From assembly GCF_021869535.1 (NCBI RefSeq), contig NW_026262734.1, forward strand, positions 24,118,001 to 24,182,000: DNA of 64,000 bases, given 5' to 3'. Source of the DNA: Mytilus californianus (taxonomy: Eukaryota). Under the pieces are notes generated by a model. The model saw nothing but the letters and a program-made list of their open reading frames with translations. It was not told where the DNA came from and ran no database searches. This document shows, one piece after another, positions 63,736-64,000 of this stretch (the first letter of the stretch is position 1; every line of letters begins with the position of its first letter). The position numbers and the translations under genes were made by a program.

Positions 63736-64000
63736 TTTTAAATTACAAGAATATTTAAAAAATTCAAAATAATTTAGCCAACTGCCTCCTGTGAATGTTT
63801 TATAACGTATCAGACTGTCAGACATTAGGATCTGGATTGGTGTAGGGGGTCTTCATTTCTTTATTGTTGAAGTTTTTTTTACAATTTTTCTCTGTTTTTA
63901 TTTTTTTGTCCTTTATTCTGCACTTTTTGTCTATCATTAAATAAAATTGAGAATGGAAATGGGGAATGTGTCAAAGAGACAACAACCCGACCATAGAGCA

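Noticed and set aside
63128-63825. Long ORFs near the right end
   Set aside because: They are translations of the N gap and the AATAC microsatellite.

Overview
AT-rich, intron-rich eukaryotic genomic DNA. It is probably a bivalve mollusc such as Mytilus; this is inferred from the repeat families and the C1q-domain gene, not proven. Most ORF-track entries are spurious or are exon fragments, so I assembled gene models by hand from GT-AG junctions with consistent phase. (1) A calpain (minus strand, 9 exons, 9842 to 1078) with an intact Cys/His/Asn triad and an N-terminal MGSSPS myristoylation motif; it runs off the left edge. (2) A complete 19-exon RRM + F-box + LRR gene (plus strand, 17505-47745, 643 aa). 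(3) A C1q-domain exon nested antisense in intron 12 of that gene (30698-31092). (4,5) Two small Pro/Tyr/Trp-rich genes I could not assign to a family, arranged head-to-head 474 bp apart (minus 56412 to 50966, 162 aa; plus 56887 to 61435, 185 aa). They share a spacer with RFX-like half-sites and a forkhead-like motif. This pair is the best candidate for something undescribed, possibly a co-regulated ciliary/sperm axonemal module. Introns hold many MITEs, non-autonomous hAT-like elements, Helentron/HINE-like elements with internal satellites, a tRNA-derived SINE with a TSD, and minisatellites. A recurring oddity is tandem 'echo' copies of exon ends with their splice sites. A 263-N gap and an (AATAC)n tract lie near the right end.
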